Shown here: positions 29,453 to 40,146 of the stretch, piece after piece
How the letters are laid out: each line of letters opens with the position of its first letter
How positions within the stretch are numbered: the stretch's first letter is position 1
Origin: Minisyncoccia bacterium
Lineage (GTDB): Bacteria > Patescibacteriota > Minisyncoccia > Phycocordibacterales > JAKFXT01
Assembly (NCBI GenBank): GCA_041485465.1
Contig: JBGPJO010000001.1
Span: forward strand, 29,017 to 93,016
Direction of reading: 5' to 3'
Length of the DNA: 64,000 nucleotides
Notes under the pieces: generated by a model
What the model was told of the DNA's origin: nothing
The model's database searches: none
The model's input: the letters and a program-made list of their open reading frames with translations, nothing else
Program-made: the position numbers and the translations under genes

Positions 29453-29839
29453 TTAGTTTGAAGAATCTTTATTTTCTTCTTTAAAGGACGGGATACTTTT
29501 TAAAAATTCGGAATTGGTACCACCGCCATTACCGTTTCCGTCTGGAGTATCTTTTCCTTTAACCATTGAGCCGATTTTCGTCTGCCCTATCACTCGAGCG
29601 ATAAAAGAAAAACCCGCTTTAAGCTCCAAAAGAAAAAACTGCCCGAGAAGTCGGAGTGTCGGCCAGGTGACATAGCGGCGATACGACAGAAAAAGTTCTA
29701 TTTTTTTCTGAAATGCTGTATCTATCTTATACCGGGAAGCAGAAAATGCTTTTATGCCGTGGTTTAATTCGAATATCTTGAAACCAAGAAGAAGGACGAT
29801 CCCCCCAAGCGATGTGAAAAAAATAATTAGAACAGCCAT
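29453..29839 (-). CDS. Hypothetical membrane protein
   Basis: Two predicted TM helices and a Gly/Asn-rich tail. Start trimmed to MAVLIIFF to avoid overlap with tsf. Confidence 0.4.
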   Translation of the reverse strand: MAVLIIFFTSLGGIVLLLGFKIFELNHGIKAFSASRYKIDTAFQKKIELFLSYRRYVTWPTLRLLGQFFLLELKAGFSFIARVIGQTKIGSMVKGKDTPDGNGNGGGTNSEFLKSIPSFKEENKDSSN

Positions 29840-29843
29840 AGAA

Positions 29844-30425
29844 TCAAACTGAAAAACGAACGTATCGAGAAACTTCAATTCTCTCTCCAAACTTTTGAAT
29901 CGCCTCCGCAATAAGCTCCCCGACAGTAATTTCCGGATTTTTGATATAGGGCTGTTCGAGAAGAACCCTTTCTTTAAAATATGCCATAAGCTTAGCGTCG
30001 AGAATCTTCTCCTTAAGATCTTTCGGTTTTCCTTTAACCTCTGCTTTGAATACTTCTTTTGCCGTCTCTTTTGATTTTAGGTCGATGTCGCTCATGCTTA
30101 AATACTCCGGGTTAGTCGCCGCAACATGCATCGCAATCGCATAGGCAAGTTTCTTGAATTCCTCATTCTTCGAAACAAAATCAGTCTCTGAAGAAAGAAC
30201 AACAAGAGACCCGATAGTGCCGGTCGCATGAATGTACGCGGCTACCGCTCCCCCTTTGAGCGCTCTGTCACTTTTCTTTTCCGCCGTCTCCGAACTTTTC
30301 TTTCGCAAGATGAAAAGTGCTTTTTCCATATCACCACTTGCCTCCTCGAGTGCTTTTTTACACTGCATGACGGAGACGCCGGTCTCGTCGCGAAGCTTCT
30401 TCACTTGTTCTGTAGTAATCATCAA
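29844..30425 (-). CDS. tsf: Elongation factor Ts (short form)
   Basis: UBA-like N-terminus (ITTEQVKKLRDETGVSVMQCKKALEEASGDMEKAL) and an EF-Ts core. Confidence 0.85.
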   Translation of the reverse strand: MMITTEQVKKLRDETGVSVMQCKKALEEASGDMEKALFILRKKSSETAEKKSDRALKGGAVAAYIHATGTIGSLVVLSSETDFVSKNEEFKKLAYAIAMHVAATNPEYLSMSDIDLKSKETAKEVFKAEVKGKPKDLKEKILDAKLMAYFKERVLLEQPYIKNPEITVGELIAEAIQKFGERIEVSRYVRFSV

Positions 30426-30455
30426 AAAAGAACATCAAAAAACAGGGTGGATAAA

Positions 30456-31187
30456 TTATTCGGAAGCTTTTATATCCGGCTCTTTTTTATATGCAGAGAC
30501 AATTTTATGGACAAAAAATTCAATGCTCGCTCGCGATGAGTCATTCCCCGGAATAGCATAGTCGATTTCCGCGAGGTCACAGTCTGAGTTCACAAGAGCA
30601 ATAACGGGAATGCCCAATACTTTAGCTTCGGCAACAACAATGTGTTCCCGCTTTGAATCAATGACGAAAATTGCCGCGGGAAGAGCTTTCATCGAGACGA
30701 TACCGCCAAAATTCCGCTCAAGAGTCTCGATTTCTCGGTCGATGAGCAAACGCTCTTTTTTGGTATATTTGGAAAGTTCGCCGCGTTCACGCTCGCCGCT
30801 CAGTTTTTCAAGTTTTTCAATACGCTTCTTGATCTGTGGGAAATTAGTAAGCGTCCCGCCGATAAAACGGCCTGCAACATAGGGCATGTGAATAGCTTCC
30901 GCGCCTTTTTCAACCGCTTCTTTGGCTTCATTTTTTCCAGAAACAAAAAGAATCTGTTTCCCTTCCTGCGCCAATTTTTGGATAAAGGTTTCCGCCCGCT
31001 CGAGTGCTTGCCCCGTCTTCTCGAGATCAAAAATTTCTACCCGAGCTTTTGAACCAAAGATGAAAGGAGAGGCCGAGGGATGCCTGCGGGATTTACTATA
31101 AGCAAAATGAGCGCCGACCCTGAAAAGGCCTTCTATTGTGGAGTTTGGGGCTGTTTTTTCTTGGTGCATGAGGCTAGAGTCTAGCAA
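30456..31187 (-). CDS. rpsB: 30S ribosomal protein S2
   Basis: VGAHFAYSKSRRHPSASPFIFG and IFVIDSKREHIVVAEAKVLGIPVIALVNSDCD blocks. rpsB-tsf gene order. Confidence 0.9.
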   Translation of the reverse strand: MLDSSLMHQEKTAPNSTIEGLFRVGAHFAYSKSRRHPSASPFIFGSKARVEIFDLEKTGQALERAETFIQKLAQEGKQILFVSGKNEAKEAVEKGAEAIHMPYVAGRFIGGTLTNFPQIKKRIEKLEKLSGERERGELSKYTKKERLLIDREIETLERNFGGIVSMKALPAAIFVIDSKREHIVVAEAKVLGIPVIALVNSDCDLAEIDYAIPGNDSSRASIEFFVHKIVSAYKKEPDIKASE

Positions 31188-31222
31188 AAAAATAATACCC
31201 GCGCAAATTATGTATGTATGAC

Positions 31223-32200
31223 TTACCTTTCCCCCCGTTTATCCTTTTTCCCCCCTTCCGTTTCAACAAATGCATCAACAATTGGATCAAGACCGCCCGC
31301 CATGATTTTCTCTATATTATGCCACGATATCTTGAGTCGATGGTCGGTAATGCGATCCTGTGGAAAATTATAGGTGCGGATTTTTTCAGATCGATCCGCC
31401 GTGCCAATTTGCTCCTTACGGTCAAAAGCCGATTTCTTCGCCTCCTCCTCATCTTTCAGGGCCTGAAGTTTTGCTGAGAGAATAATGAAGGCTTTTTCGC
31501 GATTTTTTTGCTGACTGCGCTCTGAAGTCGAGCGAACATCAATTCCCGTCGGCTTATGGACAAGTCGAACCGCCGTTTCAACCTTATTGACGTTTTGTCC
31601 TCCGGCGCCGCCTGAGCGCGAAAATTCGATTTCTATGTCAACCGGATTTATTTCAATCTTCGCTTTTTTGGGAATGGGCAACATCGCGACCGATGCGGTT
31701 GAGGTGTGGATTCGTCCGGATTTTTCGGTTAAAGGAATTCGTTGGACCCGGTGCACTCCCGTCTCATATTTTAAAAGCTTATGGGCGTCTTTGCCCTTAA
31801 TTTCAATTGAAACTTCCTTATAGCCACGGACGGCACTTTTCGATTCCTCAAGAATTCGGGCACTCCAGCCCTTTTTTGCGGCATACTTCTGATACATCTC
31901 GGAAAGTTCAAGAGCAAAGAGCGATGCCTCATCCCCCCCTGCGCCCGAGCGGACCTCAAGAATAATTTCAGACGCGAATTCTTCTTCCTCTTCGCCACCC
32001 CTTACAATCTCTTCCATTTGCCGCTCGAGCGCGCCTTTCTCTCCTTTGATTCTTGAAAGTTCTTCGCCACCTAAGTCTTTCAGTCCCGGATCACGCTCAA
32101 GCATGTTTAAAACCTGCTTCTCCTCTTCAAGAAGTTTCTCATAGTTCTGAAAGAGGTACTGTGTGCGATGGTCTTTTTTGTATATCTCAAGATCCGTCAT
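31223..32200 (-). CDS. prfA: Peptide chain release factor (GGQ class I; RF1-like)
   Basis: GGQ motif ([18 protein letters not shown]). The codon-recognition loop reads [14 protein letters not shown], closer to PxT than SPF. Confidence 0.7.
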   Translation of the reverse strand: MTDLEIYKKDHRTQYLFQNYEKLLEEEKQVLNMLERDPGLKDLGGEELSRIKGEKGALERQMEEIVRGGEEEEEFASEIILEVRSGAGGDEASLFALELSEMYQKYAAKKGWSARILEESKSAVRGYKEVSIEIKGKDAHKLLKYETGVHRVQRIPLTEKSGRIHTSTASVAMLPIPKKAKIEINPVDIEIEFSRSGGAGGQNVNKVETAVRLVHKPTGIDVRSTSERSQQKNREKAFIILSAKLQALKDEEEAKKSAFDRKEQIGTADRSEKIRTYNFPQDRITDHRLKISWHNIEKIMAGGLDPIVDAFVETEGGKKDKRGER

Positions 32201-32252
32201 TTTTTCAAAAAGAAAAACCCTGCCCTCAAAGAGAAGCTGGTTTTCCGTGTAG

Positions 32253-32519
32253 TTAATTTTTGGCCGATTTCTTCGGAGATTTTGCCGTTTTCTTCGTCAC
32301 GGTAGTTTTTTTCGTCAAAGCACTCGTCCGGCGAGCATTAAAACGCTCGACACGACCGGCAGTATCAATAATTTTTTCCGTTCCCGTATAAAACGGGTGG
32401 CACTGGCTGCAGATTTCAACATGGAGTTTCTGAGCGGTCGATCCGACGACAAAAGACGCCCCGCAGGCGCAGGTCGCTTTAGCATCTGCAAAATATGCCG
32501 GATGGATATCGGTTTTCAC
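32253..32519 (-). CDS. rpmE: 50S ribosomal protein L31 (probable GTG start)
   Basis: [46 protein letters not shown] is the L31 zinc-ribbon signature. The L31-like region begins at a GTG at 32519, directly after the upstream gene's stop at 32516-32518. Confidence 0.75.
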   Translation of the reverse strand: MKTDIHPAYFADAKATCACGASFVVGSTAQKLHVEICSQCHPFYTGTEKIIDTAGRVERFNARRTSALTKKTTVTKKTAKSPKKSAKN

Positions 32520-33904
32520 AGATTGATTATAGCACGAATATTTGATTGTGCAACCGAGAGGGGCTCGACCGCGAGACCCTTTAAAATATCGATCTGCTGC
32601 TGGTATTTGTCCGCCAAATCCATAACTTCGTTGCCGTAAAAAGCGTAGGAAGATTTTGTGGCATTTTTCCAACCGGCAAGGTAACGCAAGGCGGCGAGGC
32701 GCTCGGCTGCCGCTGTTCCCCGAGCGCCGCCGTTATCCTTAAGAAGAACCGCTGCCGCAAAAAAGGCATCCCGCGGATTCCACGGATTCGGCGGATTACT
32801 TCCGGTAACCTCCGCTATCTTGTCTTTGTAAATAATCCAGGTCGAAGGAATAAACTGGGCCGGCCCCATCGCGCCGCCATACCCATACCATGCCTTTTTT
32901 GAAACGGGCATCTGATCGGGATCAAGACCGAGTTCTGAGGTAATTTGTCGAAATATTCCCCTATCCCGATCGGTCTTTGAAGGAGGCACCTGGCAACACA
33001 TGTCGATTTTCCAGTTTCCGGTTCCGACATTCTCTCCCAGGTTTGATTCTTCGGCAATTATTCCGAGTATAAATGCGGGACGAAGACCCGTTTTCATTCC
33101 CGCTTCATTTGCATATTGATATGCTTTTTCAAAGGGGATCGCTCCCGTACCGGTCAGGGAAAACAGCGCTGTCCGAATAGTCGTTGCATCTTTTTGTTTT
33201 TGGGAGAGAATCTGCTGATAAATTTTCTCCTCCCCTTTGGTAATTTTGAGAAGATTGTTTCTCTCCGCCTGTTGCTTTTCTATGGTCTTTTTCTGAAGAT
33301 CCTGAATACCCCTCAAATTAAGCTGCTCTTGACGTCTGTCCTCAAGATCCTGCTTTTGCTGCTCCGTCTCCATTCTCGTGTCGCCAATGTCGGAAAAAGA
33401 CTGATAGAGTTCTTTTTTAACCTGATCAAAAGAATCAAGATCACCGAAAAAAGTCGAGAGGTCGGAACTGCCGAGAACGAATTCTGCGAGTGAATATGAA
33501 TCGATTTCTTGAGTTTTACGGATAAGTTGAGCGAGGGATTCTTTTTCTTTTTCCAGTTTATCGTTTAATTGACCGATGGTGTCCTGTTTACCGCTGATAT
33601 CGCTCGAGAGCTGCTCTATCGTTATGTCGCGGGCCTTGATCGCAAGTTTTGCTTCATTGATCTTTCCATTCAAGACGTCGATATCGCGTTGTAAAGACGC
33701 GGACTCTTGCTCTTTCTGGTCAACCATTTTCTGCTGGGCATCTATCTGGGACTGCAGGTCATTCAACTGCTGTTCAAGCTCGACCCGGCGAGCGGGAGAA
33801 ATGAGTTCGGAGGAACTTTGCGAAAAGCTCTTCGGGATAGCAATTAAAAAGACGAGCACCCCGACACCTAAAATTACAAAAGGTTTTCTATAAAGATCAC
33901 TCAT
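32516..33904 (-). CDS. Secreted coiled-coil protein with C-terminal MltB/Slt35-like lytic transglycosylase domain
   Basis: Signal/TM, a ~250-aa coiled coil, then [10 protein letters not shown] (catalytic Glu-Ser) and [17 protein letters not shown] (the MltB AGAMGxxQFMPST motif). Confidence 0.6.
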   Translation of the reverse strand: MSDLYRKPFVILGVGVLVFLIAIPKSFSQSSSELISPARRVELEQQLNDLQSQIDAQQKMVDQKEQESASLQRDIDVLNGKINEAKLAIKARDITIEQLSSDISGKQDTIGQLNDKLEKEKESLAQLIRKTQEIDSYSLAEFVLGSSDLSTFFGDLDSFDQVKKELYQSFSDIGDTRMETEQQKQDLEDRRQEQLNLRGIQDLQKKTIEKQQAERNNLLKITKGEEKIYQQILSQKQKDATTIRTALFSLTGTGAIPFEKAYQYANEAGMKTGLRPAFILGIIAEESNLGENVGTGNWKIDMCCQVPPSKTDRDRGIFRQITSELGLDPDQMPVSKKAWYGYGGAMGPAQFIPSTWIIYKDKIAEVTGSNPPNPWNPRDAFFAAAVLLKDNGGARGTAAAERLAALRYLAGWKNATKSSYAFYGNEVMDLADKYQQQIDILKGLAVEPLSVAQSNIRAIINL

Positions 33905-33937
33905 AACAAAAGACGGAAGGTTTCCCTTCCGTCACGG

Positions 33938-34657
33938 TTACTTCTTTTCGGAAGATTTCTTTTCGGGAGTTGAAAATTTCTTCTCGGGAACTGCCGCGAC
34001 AGTTTCTGTTCCTTCTCCCCCCTCCCCTTCTTTCTTTCCTTTCTTTTCAACCTCGATTGAAGTGAGATCGATCGGTGCAACTTCCTCTTCTTTTTCTTCT
34101 CTTGGTTCAGCGATTGCGGCAACCACTTCTTCTTTCCCTTCAAGTGACGTTACTCCGCTCGGAAAAACAACATCTTTAATATGAATCTGGCTTTCGAAAT
34201 TTTCAAGGCTTTCAAGATTAACGGTGATTGAGTGCGGTAGATCCTTCGGCATTGCTTCAATTTCTATTTCGTAAAGAACTTTGACGAGAACGCCGCCGAG
34301 ATTTTTGATCGCGGGCGCGATACCCTCAAAATGAATCGGCACTTTAATCTTCACTTTCTTTCCTTTTTCAAGCACATAGAAATCGGCGTGCCGCGGTTCA
34401 CCCTTAATCGGATCGAAGTCTATGTCATGGATAAGTGTTTCAAGCTCCTTACCGTCCCCCTTGAGAACAACGGTCGCCGCTTCTCCCGCGTCGCGAAGGA
34501 TCTTTTTAAAGGCCGCCTTTGAAACACTAATCGCGGTCGAGGTCTCTTTATGCCCATAATAAACGGCCGGCATGACATCACTCGGAAGGATTTTGCTCGC
34601 CTTCCCGATGACTTTTCTTTTTTCTATATTGAGCGCTAACATCCCTTCAGTATACAA
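33938..34657 (-). CDS. rplY: 50S ribosomal protein L25/general stress protein Ctc with acidic/lysine-rich tail
   Basis: L25 beta-barrel region (LETLIHDIDFDPIKGEPRHADFYVL). Confidence 0.8.
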   Translation of the reverse strand: MYTEGMLALNIEKRKVIGKASKILPSDVMPAVYYGHKETSTAISVSKAAFKKILRDAGEAATVVLKGDGKELETLIHDIDFDPIKGEPRHADFYVLEKGKKVKIKVPIHFEGIAPAIKNLGGVLVKVLYEIEIEAMPKDLPHSITVNLESLENFESQIHIKDVVFPSGVTSLEGKEEVVAAIAEPREEKEEEVAPIDLTSIEVEKKGKKEGEGGEGTETVAAVPEKKFSTPEKKSSEKK

Positions 34658-34730
34658 ATTTAAGCCTGAAAATCAAATTTATAGCTTGATAAATAAGAAA
34701 AGTCTGGGGTTGTTATGCATCCCCAGACTT

Positions 34731-34973
34731 TCACAATAAATGCTCCCTGCGATACCGTTGATCGGCAAGTTCCTTTGCAAGTTCAGGATCTTCCGGTTCA
34801 AACCCAAAAGCACCATTAAACCCATAAGCAAGCCAACATTCGGAAATGCTCATTTCAAATCCGGGAACTTTTTTATCCTGGGGCTCGGTTGGTTCCAGTG
34901 GGATACGGTGTTCAGTTTCCTGGTGACCGCAGTGTTTGCATCTAATGCCGTCCGCCATGCAAGCCTCCATCAA
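34731..34973 (-). CDS. Small Cys/His-containing hypothetical protein
   Basis: 80-aa ORF with a CKHCGHQETEH motif. No recognisable family. Confidence 0.3.
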   Translation of the reverse strand: MMEACMADGIRCKHCGHQETEHRIPLEPTEPQDKKVPGFEMSISECWLAYGFNGAFGFEPEDPELAKELADQRYRREHLL

Positions 34974-35040
34974 TCAAGAAAACAATCAACAAAAATCTTT
35001 CTTTTGTAAGATTAATGAAGAAAGAAAGAATCGCAACTCT

Positions 35041-36024
35041 TTAATTTTCTTTCACCGCGTTCGGGGCTTTTCTTCCTTCAAGCACTTCAATAATATTCGC
35101 TGCCGCCAATTCCGCCATCTTGTCCCTCGTCTTTACGGTTGCGGAAGCAATGTGCGGCGTAATAATTACATTTTCAAGCTCAGCAAGACCAGGCGCTAAA
35201 TTCGGCTCATTCTCAAAAACGTCAATCGCCGCTCCAGCGATGACATTATTTTTAAGAGCATCGACAAGCGCCGCTTCGTCGATAACCGGGCCGCGTGAGG
35301 TATTAATGAGATACGCTGTTTTTTTCATCATCCTGAGACGATCAGCGTTCATAAGGTGGTGCGTCGACGGTAAGAGCGGCACGTGGATCGAAATGAAATC
35401 GGCGTCTTTCAAAACTTCCTCGGCCGTCGCCTTGAATGTTGCGCCGAGTTTTTTCTCCATAGTCTCATTCTGCCTGACATCGTAATAAATAATTTTCATG
35501 CCGAAACCAAAAGCCGCTTTGCTGGCAACGCTCTCCCCGATCCGGCCGGCGCCTAAAATACCGAGTGTCTTCCCTTGAAGATCCGTACCAAGAAACAGTA
35601 AGGGATCCCAGCCGATATATTTCCCCGCGCGAAGAAATCTATCTCCCTCGACTATTCGGCAGGCAAGCGAAATAAGAAGCGCAAATGTGTGTTCGGCAAC
35701 GGTATTGGTGAGCACGCCAGGAGTGCTTGAAACGATAACTCCGCGCGCTTTCGCTTCTTTGAGATCGACATTGTTCACCCCAACGGCAAGGTTGGCAAAA
35801 ATTTTTGCCGAGGATGCCGCGTCAAACGCATCTTTATCTATAGAATCGGTCAAAAGGGAGAGTACTGCGTCATACGGTTTTTCTTTAAGCGCCGTTACTA
35901 GTTCGCCTTTGGTAAGTGGCGCTCCTTTAGTGCTCACGTTAACTTCGTAACCTTTTTCTTTGAGCATAAGTATCCCGGCCTCTGGAATCTTCCTCGTAAC
36001 GTAAATTTTGTACACAGTGGTCAA
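35041..36024 (-). CDS. D-isomer-specific 2-hydroxyacid dehydrogenase (glyoxylate/hydroxypyruvate reductase-like)
   Basis: NAD-binding GILGAGRIGESVA and catalytic R/E/H arrangement (INTSRGPVIDEAAL...). Confidence 0.8.
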   Translation of the reverse strand: MTTVYKIYVTRKIPEAGILMLKEKGYEVNVSTKGAPLTKGELVTALKEKPYDAVLSLLTDSIDKDAFDAASSAKIFANLAVGVNNVDLKEAKARGVIVSSTPGVLTNTVAEHTFALLISLACRIVEGDRFLRAGKYIGWDPLLFLGTDLQGKTLGILGAGRIGESVASKAAFGFGMKIIYYDVRQNETMEKKLGATFKATAEEVLKDADFISIHVPLLPSTHHLMNADRLRMMKKTAYLINTSRGPVIDEAALVDALKNNVIAGAAIDVFENEPNLAPGLAELENVIITPHIASATVKTRDKMAELAAANIIEVLEGRKAPNAVKEN

Positions 36025-36885
36025 TTAATAGTTATTAAAAATCCTAAGTTTTTCGACGACGACTTTTTGAATAGCTTCAATTGCAGGCCGCATCAGTTTA
36101 TAGGGAGCGACCTCGTCCGGATGTTCCGAAAGTGACGCTTTAACGGCATCGCGAAAGGCGACCCTGATTTCGGTATTGATGTGAACGATTGACACTCCTG
36201 CCGCTATTGCCGCTTTGAAATCTTGAGGTGTTGTACCGGAGCCGCCATGAAGGACAAGAGGAACTCCTGAGGAGATGCGAATCGCTTTAATGAGCTCAAT
36301 ATCAAGCCTCGGCTCTGGAGCGTTTTTAAGCATACCGTGAATGTTTCCGACTGCAGGCGCAAAAAGGTCAACGCCAGTTTCGGCAACATAACGTTTTGCT
36401 TCTTCCGGTTTCGTCATGTTTTCCGGTCCGACACCTTCCGGCAGTTTATCGAGAAGCTTTGAGGAAGTGCCGATGTAACCAAGTTCCCCTTCAACAACGA
36501 TTTCAGGATCAACACTCCGTGCATACAAAACACATTTTTTTGTCTGTTCAATATTCTGCTCGATCGGAAGCTTCGCGCCATCGTAAATCGCCGCATTAAA
36601 GCGGGCGTCAATTGCTTCTTTAAATCGTTCAAATGAATAGCTGTGGTCGGCATTAAGGAAAATCGGGTAACCGAATTCATCCTGAAGACTCTGAACGACA
36701 GCCTTTGCCTGCCGAATGCCGAAAAAAGCTCTTTCCCCTTCGGACAATCCGATAATTACTGGAACATCAAGAAGTCGCGCTGCCCCCCAAATACCCCAAA
36801 GTGCCTCCATGTTTGAGATATTAAAATGACCGATCGCCACTTTTTTTTCTTCAGCTTCCTGAACACACTCGCGCAAGGTCTTCAT
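36025..36885 (-). CDS. fba: Class II fructose/tagatose-bisphosphate aldolase
   Basis: Class II FBA core. Start set at the ATG at 36885 (MKTLRECVQ). Confidence 0.8.
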   Translation of the reverse strand: MKTLRECVQEAEEKKVAIGHFNISNMEALWGIWGAARLLDVPVIIGLSEGERAFFGIRQAKAVVQSLQDEFGYPIFLNADHSYSFERFKEAIDARFNAAIYDGAKLPIEQNIEQTKKCVLYARSVDPEIVVEGELGYIGTSSKLLDKLPEGVGPENMTKPEEAKRYVAETGVDLFAPAVGNIHGMLKNAPEPRLDIELIKAIRISSGVPLVLHGGSGTTPQDFKAAIAAGVSIVHINTEIRVAFRDAVKASLSEHPDEVAPYKLMRPAIEAIQKVVVEKLRIFNNY

Positions 36886-36931
36886 GAAAAAAGTATACCA
36901 CGGGGGAAATTGATCATGGTATAATTTTTTC

Positions 36932-37924
36932 ATGACCGAGTTTGATTTCGTTGGGGTCGGCGACATTGTGACGGACGCCTTCATCCGCATTAAAGACGCA
37001 CACCTGACGTGTACCATTGATCGTGAAAAATGCGAACTCTGCCTGCGGTTTGGCGATAAGGTCCCCTACGAATCAGTTGAGGTTATCTCCGCTGTCGGCA
37101 ATTCTCCGAATGCTTCGGTTTCTGCAGTAAGACTCGGACTCAAAACTGCGCTCGTTAGCGACCTCGGAGACGATATTATCGCCCAGGATTCGGTTCGAAC
37201 ACTGAAAACAAACAATGTAGACACGACGTTCGTCAAAATCCACAAGGGCAAGCGAAGCAACTACCACTACGTACTGTGGTACGAAGTCGACCGCACCATT
37301 TTAGTCAAACACCAAGAATATCCTTACCAATTTCCGGATATCGGAACTCCTCAGTGGCTGTATCTAAGTTCTTTGTCCGAACACTCCGTTGATTACCATG
37401 AAGAAATCGCCCGCTACATCACGAAAAATCCGGGGGTTAAGCTCGCGTTTCAACCGGGTACGTTTCAAATAAAGCTCGGGGCACAAAAACTGAGAGACAT
37501 CTATCAAAGAACCGAAATATTTTTCTCTAACATTGAAGAGTCGCAGAAAATTTTAAACACGGACAAAAAAAATATCGGAGAGCTTTTGAAGGGTATTCAT
37601 TCCCTCGGTCCGAAAATTGTTTCTATTACCGACGGTCCCAAGGGAGCATACGCTTTTGATGGGCAAAATATGTGGTTCATGCCGCCTTTTGACCCACTGA
37701 AAGAGGCGTATGAGCGAACGGGTGCGGGGGATGCATTTGCTTCGGCGGTGACGGTCGCGCTTGCGCTTGGTAAATCTCTTGAAGAGGCGCTTCTGTGGGG
37801 ACCGATCAACTCAGGCTCTGTCGTCCAGTATGTTGGGGCGCAAAAAGGACTGCTCTCGCGCGAAAAACTTGAAGAATATTTGAAAAACGCCCCCAAAGAC
37901 TACCGGCCAAAGAAACTCTTTTAA
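36932..37924 (+). CDS. PfkB-family carbohydrate kinase
   Basis: Ribokinase-fold protein with the C-terminal ERTGAGDAF motif. Confidence 0.8.
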   Translation: MTEFDFVGVGDIVTDAFIRIKDAHLTCTIDREKCELCLRFGDKVPYESVEVISAVGNSPNASVSAVRLGLKTALVSDLGDDIIAQDSVRTLKTNNVDTTFVKIHKGKRSNYHYVLWYEVDRTILVKHQEYPYQFPDIGTPQWLYLSSLSEHSVDYHEEIARYITKNPGVKLAFQPGTFQIKLGAQKLRDIYQRTEIFFSNIEESQKILNTDKKNIGELLKGIHSLGPKIVSITDGPKGAYAFDGQNMWFMPPFDPLKEAYERTGAGDAFASAVTVALALGKSLEEALLWGPINSGSVVQYVGAQKGLLSREKLEEYLKNAPKDYRPKKLF

Positions 37925-38913
37925 TTTTTTCTCGCAATAACCTTTTTGACGGCCTCTATAATGTGCGAGATGCCCATGCCGTAGTGTTCAATCAACTCTT
38001 CCGGTTTTCCCGACTGTCCGAAGAGATCAGAAACTCCGACAAATTCAATCGGCACGGGAAAATTCTTTGAGAGACACTCGGCGATTGCCGAACCGAAACC
38101 CCCCGCCTGCTGATGTTCTTCGACAGTAACCGCGGCTTTACATTCACGTGCCGCGGCAGTGACCGCCTCGGAATCAAGCGGTTTAATGGTTGCGACATTT
38201 AAAATTTTGACCGAGACACCTTCTTCTTTGAGTTTCTTCGCCGCCTGAAGCGCATTATAGAGAAGTGCGCCGGTTGCAAAAATTGCCACCTGCGGATTCT
38301 CGCCCAGCCAAAAAATCTGAGCTTTTCCGATTTTAAAGGGCGTTGCCTCCGTCGTCATAATCGGCGTTTTGTCTCTGGCAAGACGGATATACACCGGCCC
38401 TTTTATTTTCGCCGCGGCAAGGGTCGCCTTCCTCGCTTCAATAGAGTCGCACGGAGAAAGAACGCTCATGCGTGGGAGAACTCTCATTAAAGCGATATCC
38501 TCAATCGCCTGATGCGTCCCGCCGTCGGGACCAACCGAAACGCCCGCGTGCGAGCCGGCGATAACTACCTTTCGATCGTTGTAGCAAATAGTTGTTCTGA
38601 TCTGTTCCCAATTTCTCCCCGGGGAAAACATTGCGTATGAGGTAACAAAAGGAATTTTGCCCATCGCCGCCATACCGGAGGCAACGGTTACTAAGTTTTG
38701 TTCGGCAACACCTATTTCAACGAATCGGTTCGGAAATTTATTTTTAAAAAGGTGCATTTGGGTTGATTCAGTCAAATCAGCGCAGAGCCCCACAACTCTC
38801 TCGTCCCCTTCTCCTGCGGCAAGTAATCCTTCACCGAATCCTTTTCGTATCGGAAGCTGTTCAACATCTTTCGAAAAAAGTTTTGGATTGAGTTGTAGCT
38901 TTTCGTTTATCAT
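37921..38913 (-). CDS. Transketolase, C-terminal (pyrimidine-binding) subunit
   Basis: Pyr and C-terminal domains of a split transketolase. Confidence 0.85.
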   Translation of the reverse strand: MINEKLQLNPKLFSKDVEQLPIRKGFGEGLLAAGEGDERVVGLCADLTESTQMHLFKNKFPNRFVEIGVAEQNLVTVASGMAAMGKIPFVTSYAMFSPGRNWEQIRTTICYNDRKVVIAGSHAGVSVGPDGGTHQAIEDIALMRVLPRMSVLSPCDSIEARKATLAAAKIKGPVYIRLARDKTPIMTTEATPFKIGKAQIFWLGENPQVAIFATGALLYNALQAAKKLKEEGVSVKILNVATIKPLDSEAVTAAARECKAAVTVEEHQQAGGFGSAIAECLSKNFPVPIEFVGVSDLFGQSGKPEELIEHYGMGISHIIEAVKKVIARKN

Positions 38914-38921
38914 ACAAATCG

Positions 38922-39281
38922 TTAGTGAAAAGTAGGGAGAAAAGCAAAACCGCTCACTATGTTAAACAGAACGTATAAGGAAAAAAGGTAAACAAATATT
39001 TTAAAAATCTGAAATGTACGGCTAGTTCTTGCGGCGGAAAAATTCTTAACTATGCGCATAATATAGATTGGTGAAAGTAGTGATGGCACAGTCGTTGGCC
39101 AGAGGAGAAGTCCCGTGAGCGCTATCCAGCCGAGGGCCACACCCTCATCAGATGAATTGCCTGGAAATAGATGCCCTAGAAGAATTCTAAGCAGAAGCGC
39201 CGCTACAATAATGACTGACGCGAGATTTAAGTAGAACACCAACTTCTCTACCTTACTTGAAAAATTCTTTGATTTATTCAT
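38922..39281 (-). CDS. Hypothetical membrane protein inserted between the two transketolase subunit genes
   Basis: 119 aa with three predicted TM helices. Confidence 0.4.
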   Translation of the reverse strand: MNKSKNFSSKVEKLVFYLNLASVIIVAALLLRILLGHLFPGNSSDEGVALGWIALTGLLLWPTTVPSLLSPIYIMRIVKNFSAARTSRTFQIFKIFVYLFSLYVLFNIVSGFAFLPTFH

Positions 39282-40146
39282 GCTCGCTTTTTATTTGTCC
39301 GCCAAGAGTGCGCAGTTCCGCAAGTGCCATCTCCCCTTCTTCTTTATTCGGCGGTTTTCCATGCCATTCGAACTTGCGTTCGAATTCTTTTACCCCCTTC
39401 CCTGGAATAGTATGCGCGATAATTATCGACGGCTTGTTAAAAATTGCCTTCGCCTCATCAAGTGCGTTCACTATTTCTTCGAAATCGTGTCCATTTATCT
39501 CCTGAACATGCCATCCCCACGCCTCCCATTTTTCTTTCAGTGGCTCAAGCGGCATGATGTCTTCGGTAAAACCGTCTATCTGAATATTGTTGCGGTCAAT
39601 AACAGCAACTAGGTTGTGAAGCTTTTCTTTGCCCGCAAGCATTCCTCCTTCCCAAGTATTGCCGGCGTCCATCTCGCCATCGGACAAAAGACAATAGAAA
39701 AATCTTCCGCTTGATTGCCCGCGGTCAATTCTGTCGGCAAGCGCCATGCCGACCGCCTGAGAAAGTCCGGAACCAAGAGGCCCTGAACTTGTCTCCATTC
39801 CCGGAAGCCATTCTCGATGCGGGTGTCCTTGAAGACGCGAGCCGAATTTCCGAAGTGTCCGAAGTTCTGAAATCGTAAAATACCCAGCGTGAGCCATCGA
39901 AGCATAAAGCACCGGACAAATATGGCCGTTTGAAAGCACCAGCCGATCACGCTCCTCCCACAAGGGGTCTTTGGGGTTGTGCTTTAAAACATGAAAATAA
40001 AGCGCGGTAAAAATATCAGCCATGCCTAGAGGTCCCGCCGTGTGACCGGAACCAGCAGTAATGAGCATGTCAATTATCGACGTGCGAATTTTATTCGCCG
40101 TCATTTCAAGATCCCAAATTTTTGTGTCATCAAGCTTCTCCATCAA
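39274..40146 (-). CDS. Transketolase, N-terminal (TPP-binding) subunit
   Basis: GSGHTAGPLGMAD and TPP-binding GDGEMDAGNTWE-type motif. Confidence 0.85.
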   Translation of the reverse strand: MMEKLDDTKIWDLEMTANKIRTSIIDMLITAGSGHTAGPLGMADIFTALYFHVLKHNPKDPLWEERDRLVLSNGHICPVLYASMAHAGYFTISELRTLRKFGSRLQGHPHREWLPGMETSSGPLGSGLSQAVGMALADRIDRGQSSGRFFYCLLSDGEMDAGNTWEGGMLAGKEKLHNLVAVIDRNNIQIDGFTEDIMPLEPLKEKWEAWGWHVQEINGHDFEEIVNALDEAKAIFNKPSIIIAHTIPGKGVKEFERKFEWHGKPPNKEEGEMALAELRTLGGQIKSEHE

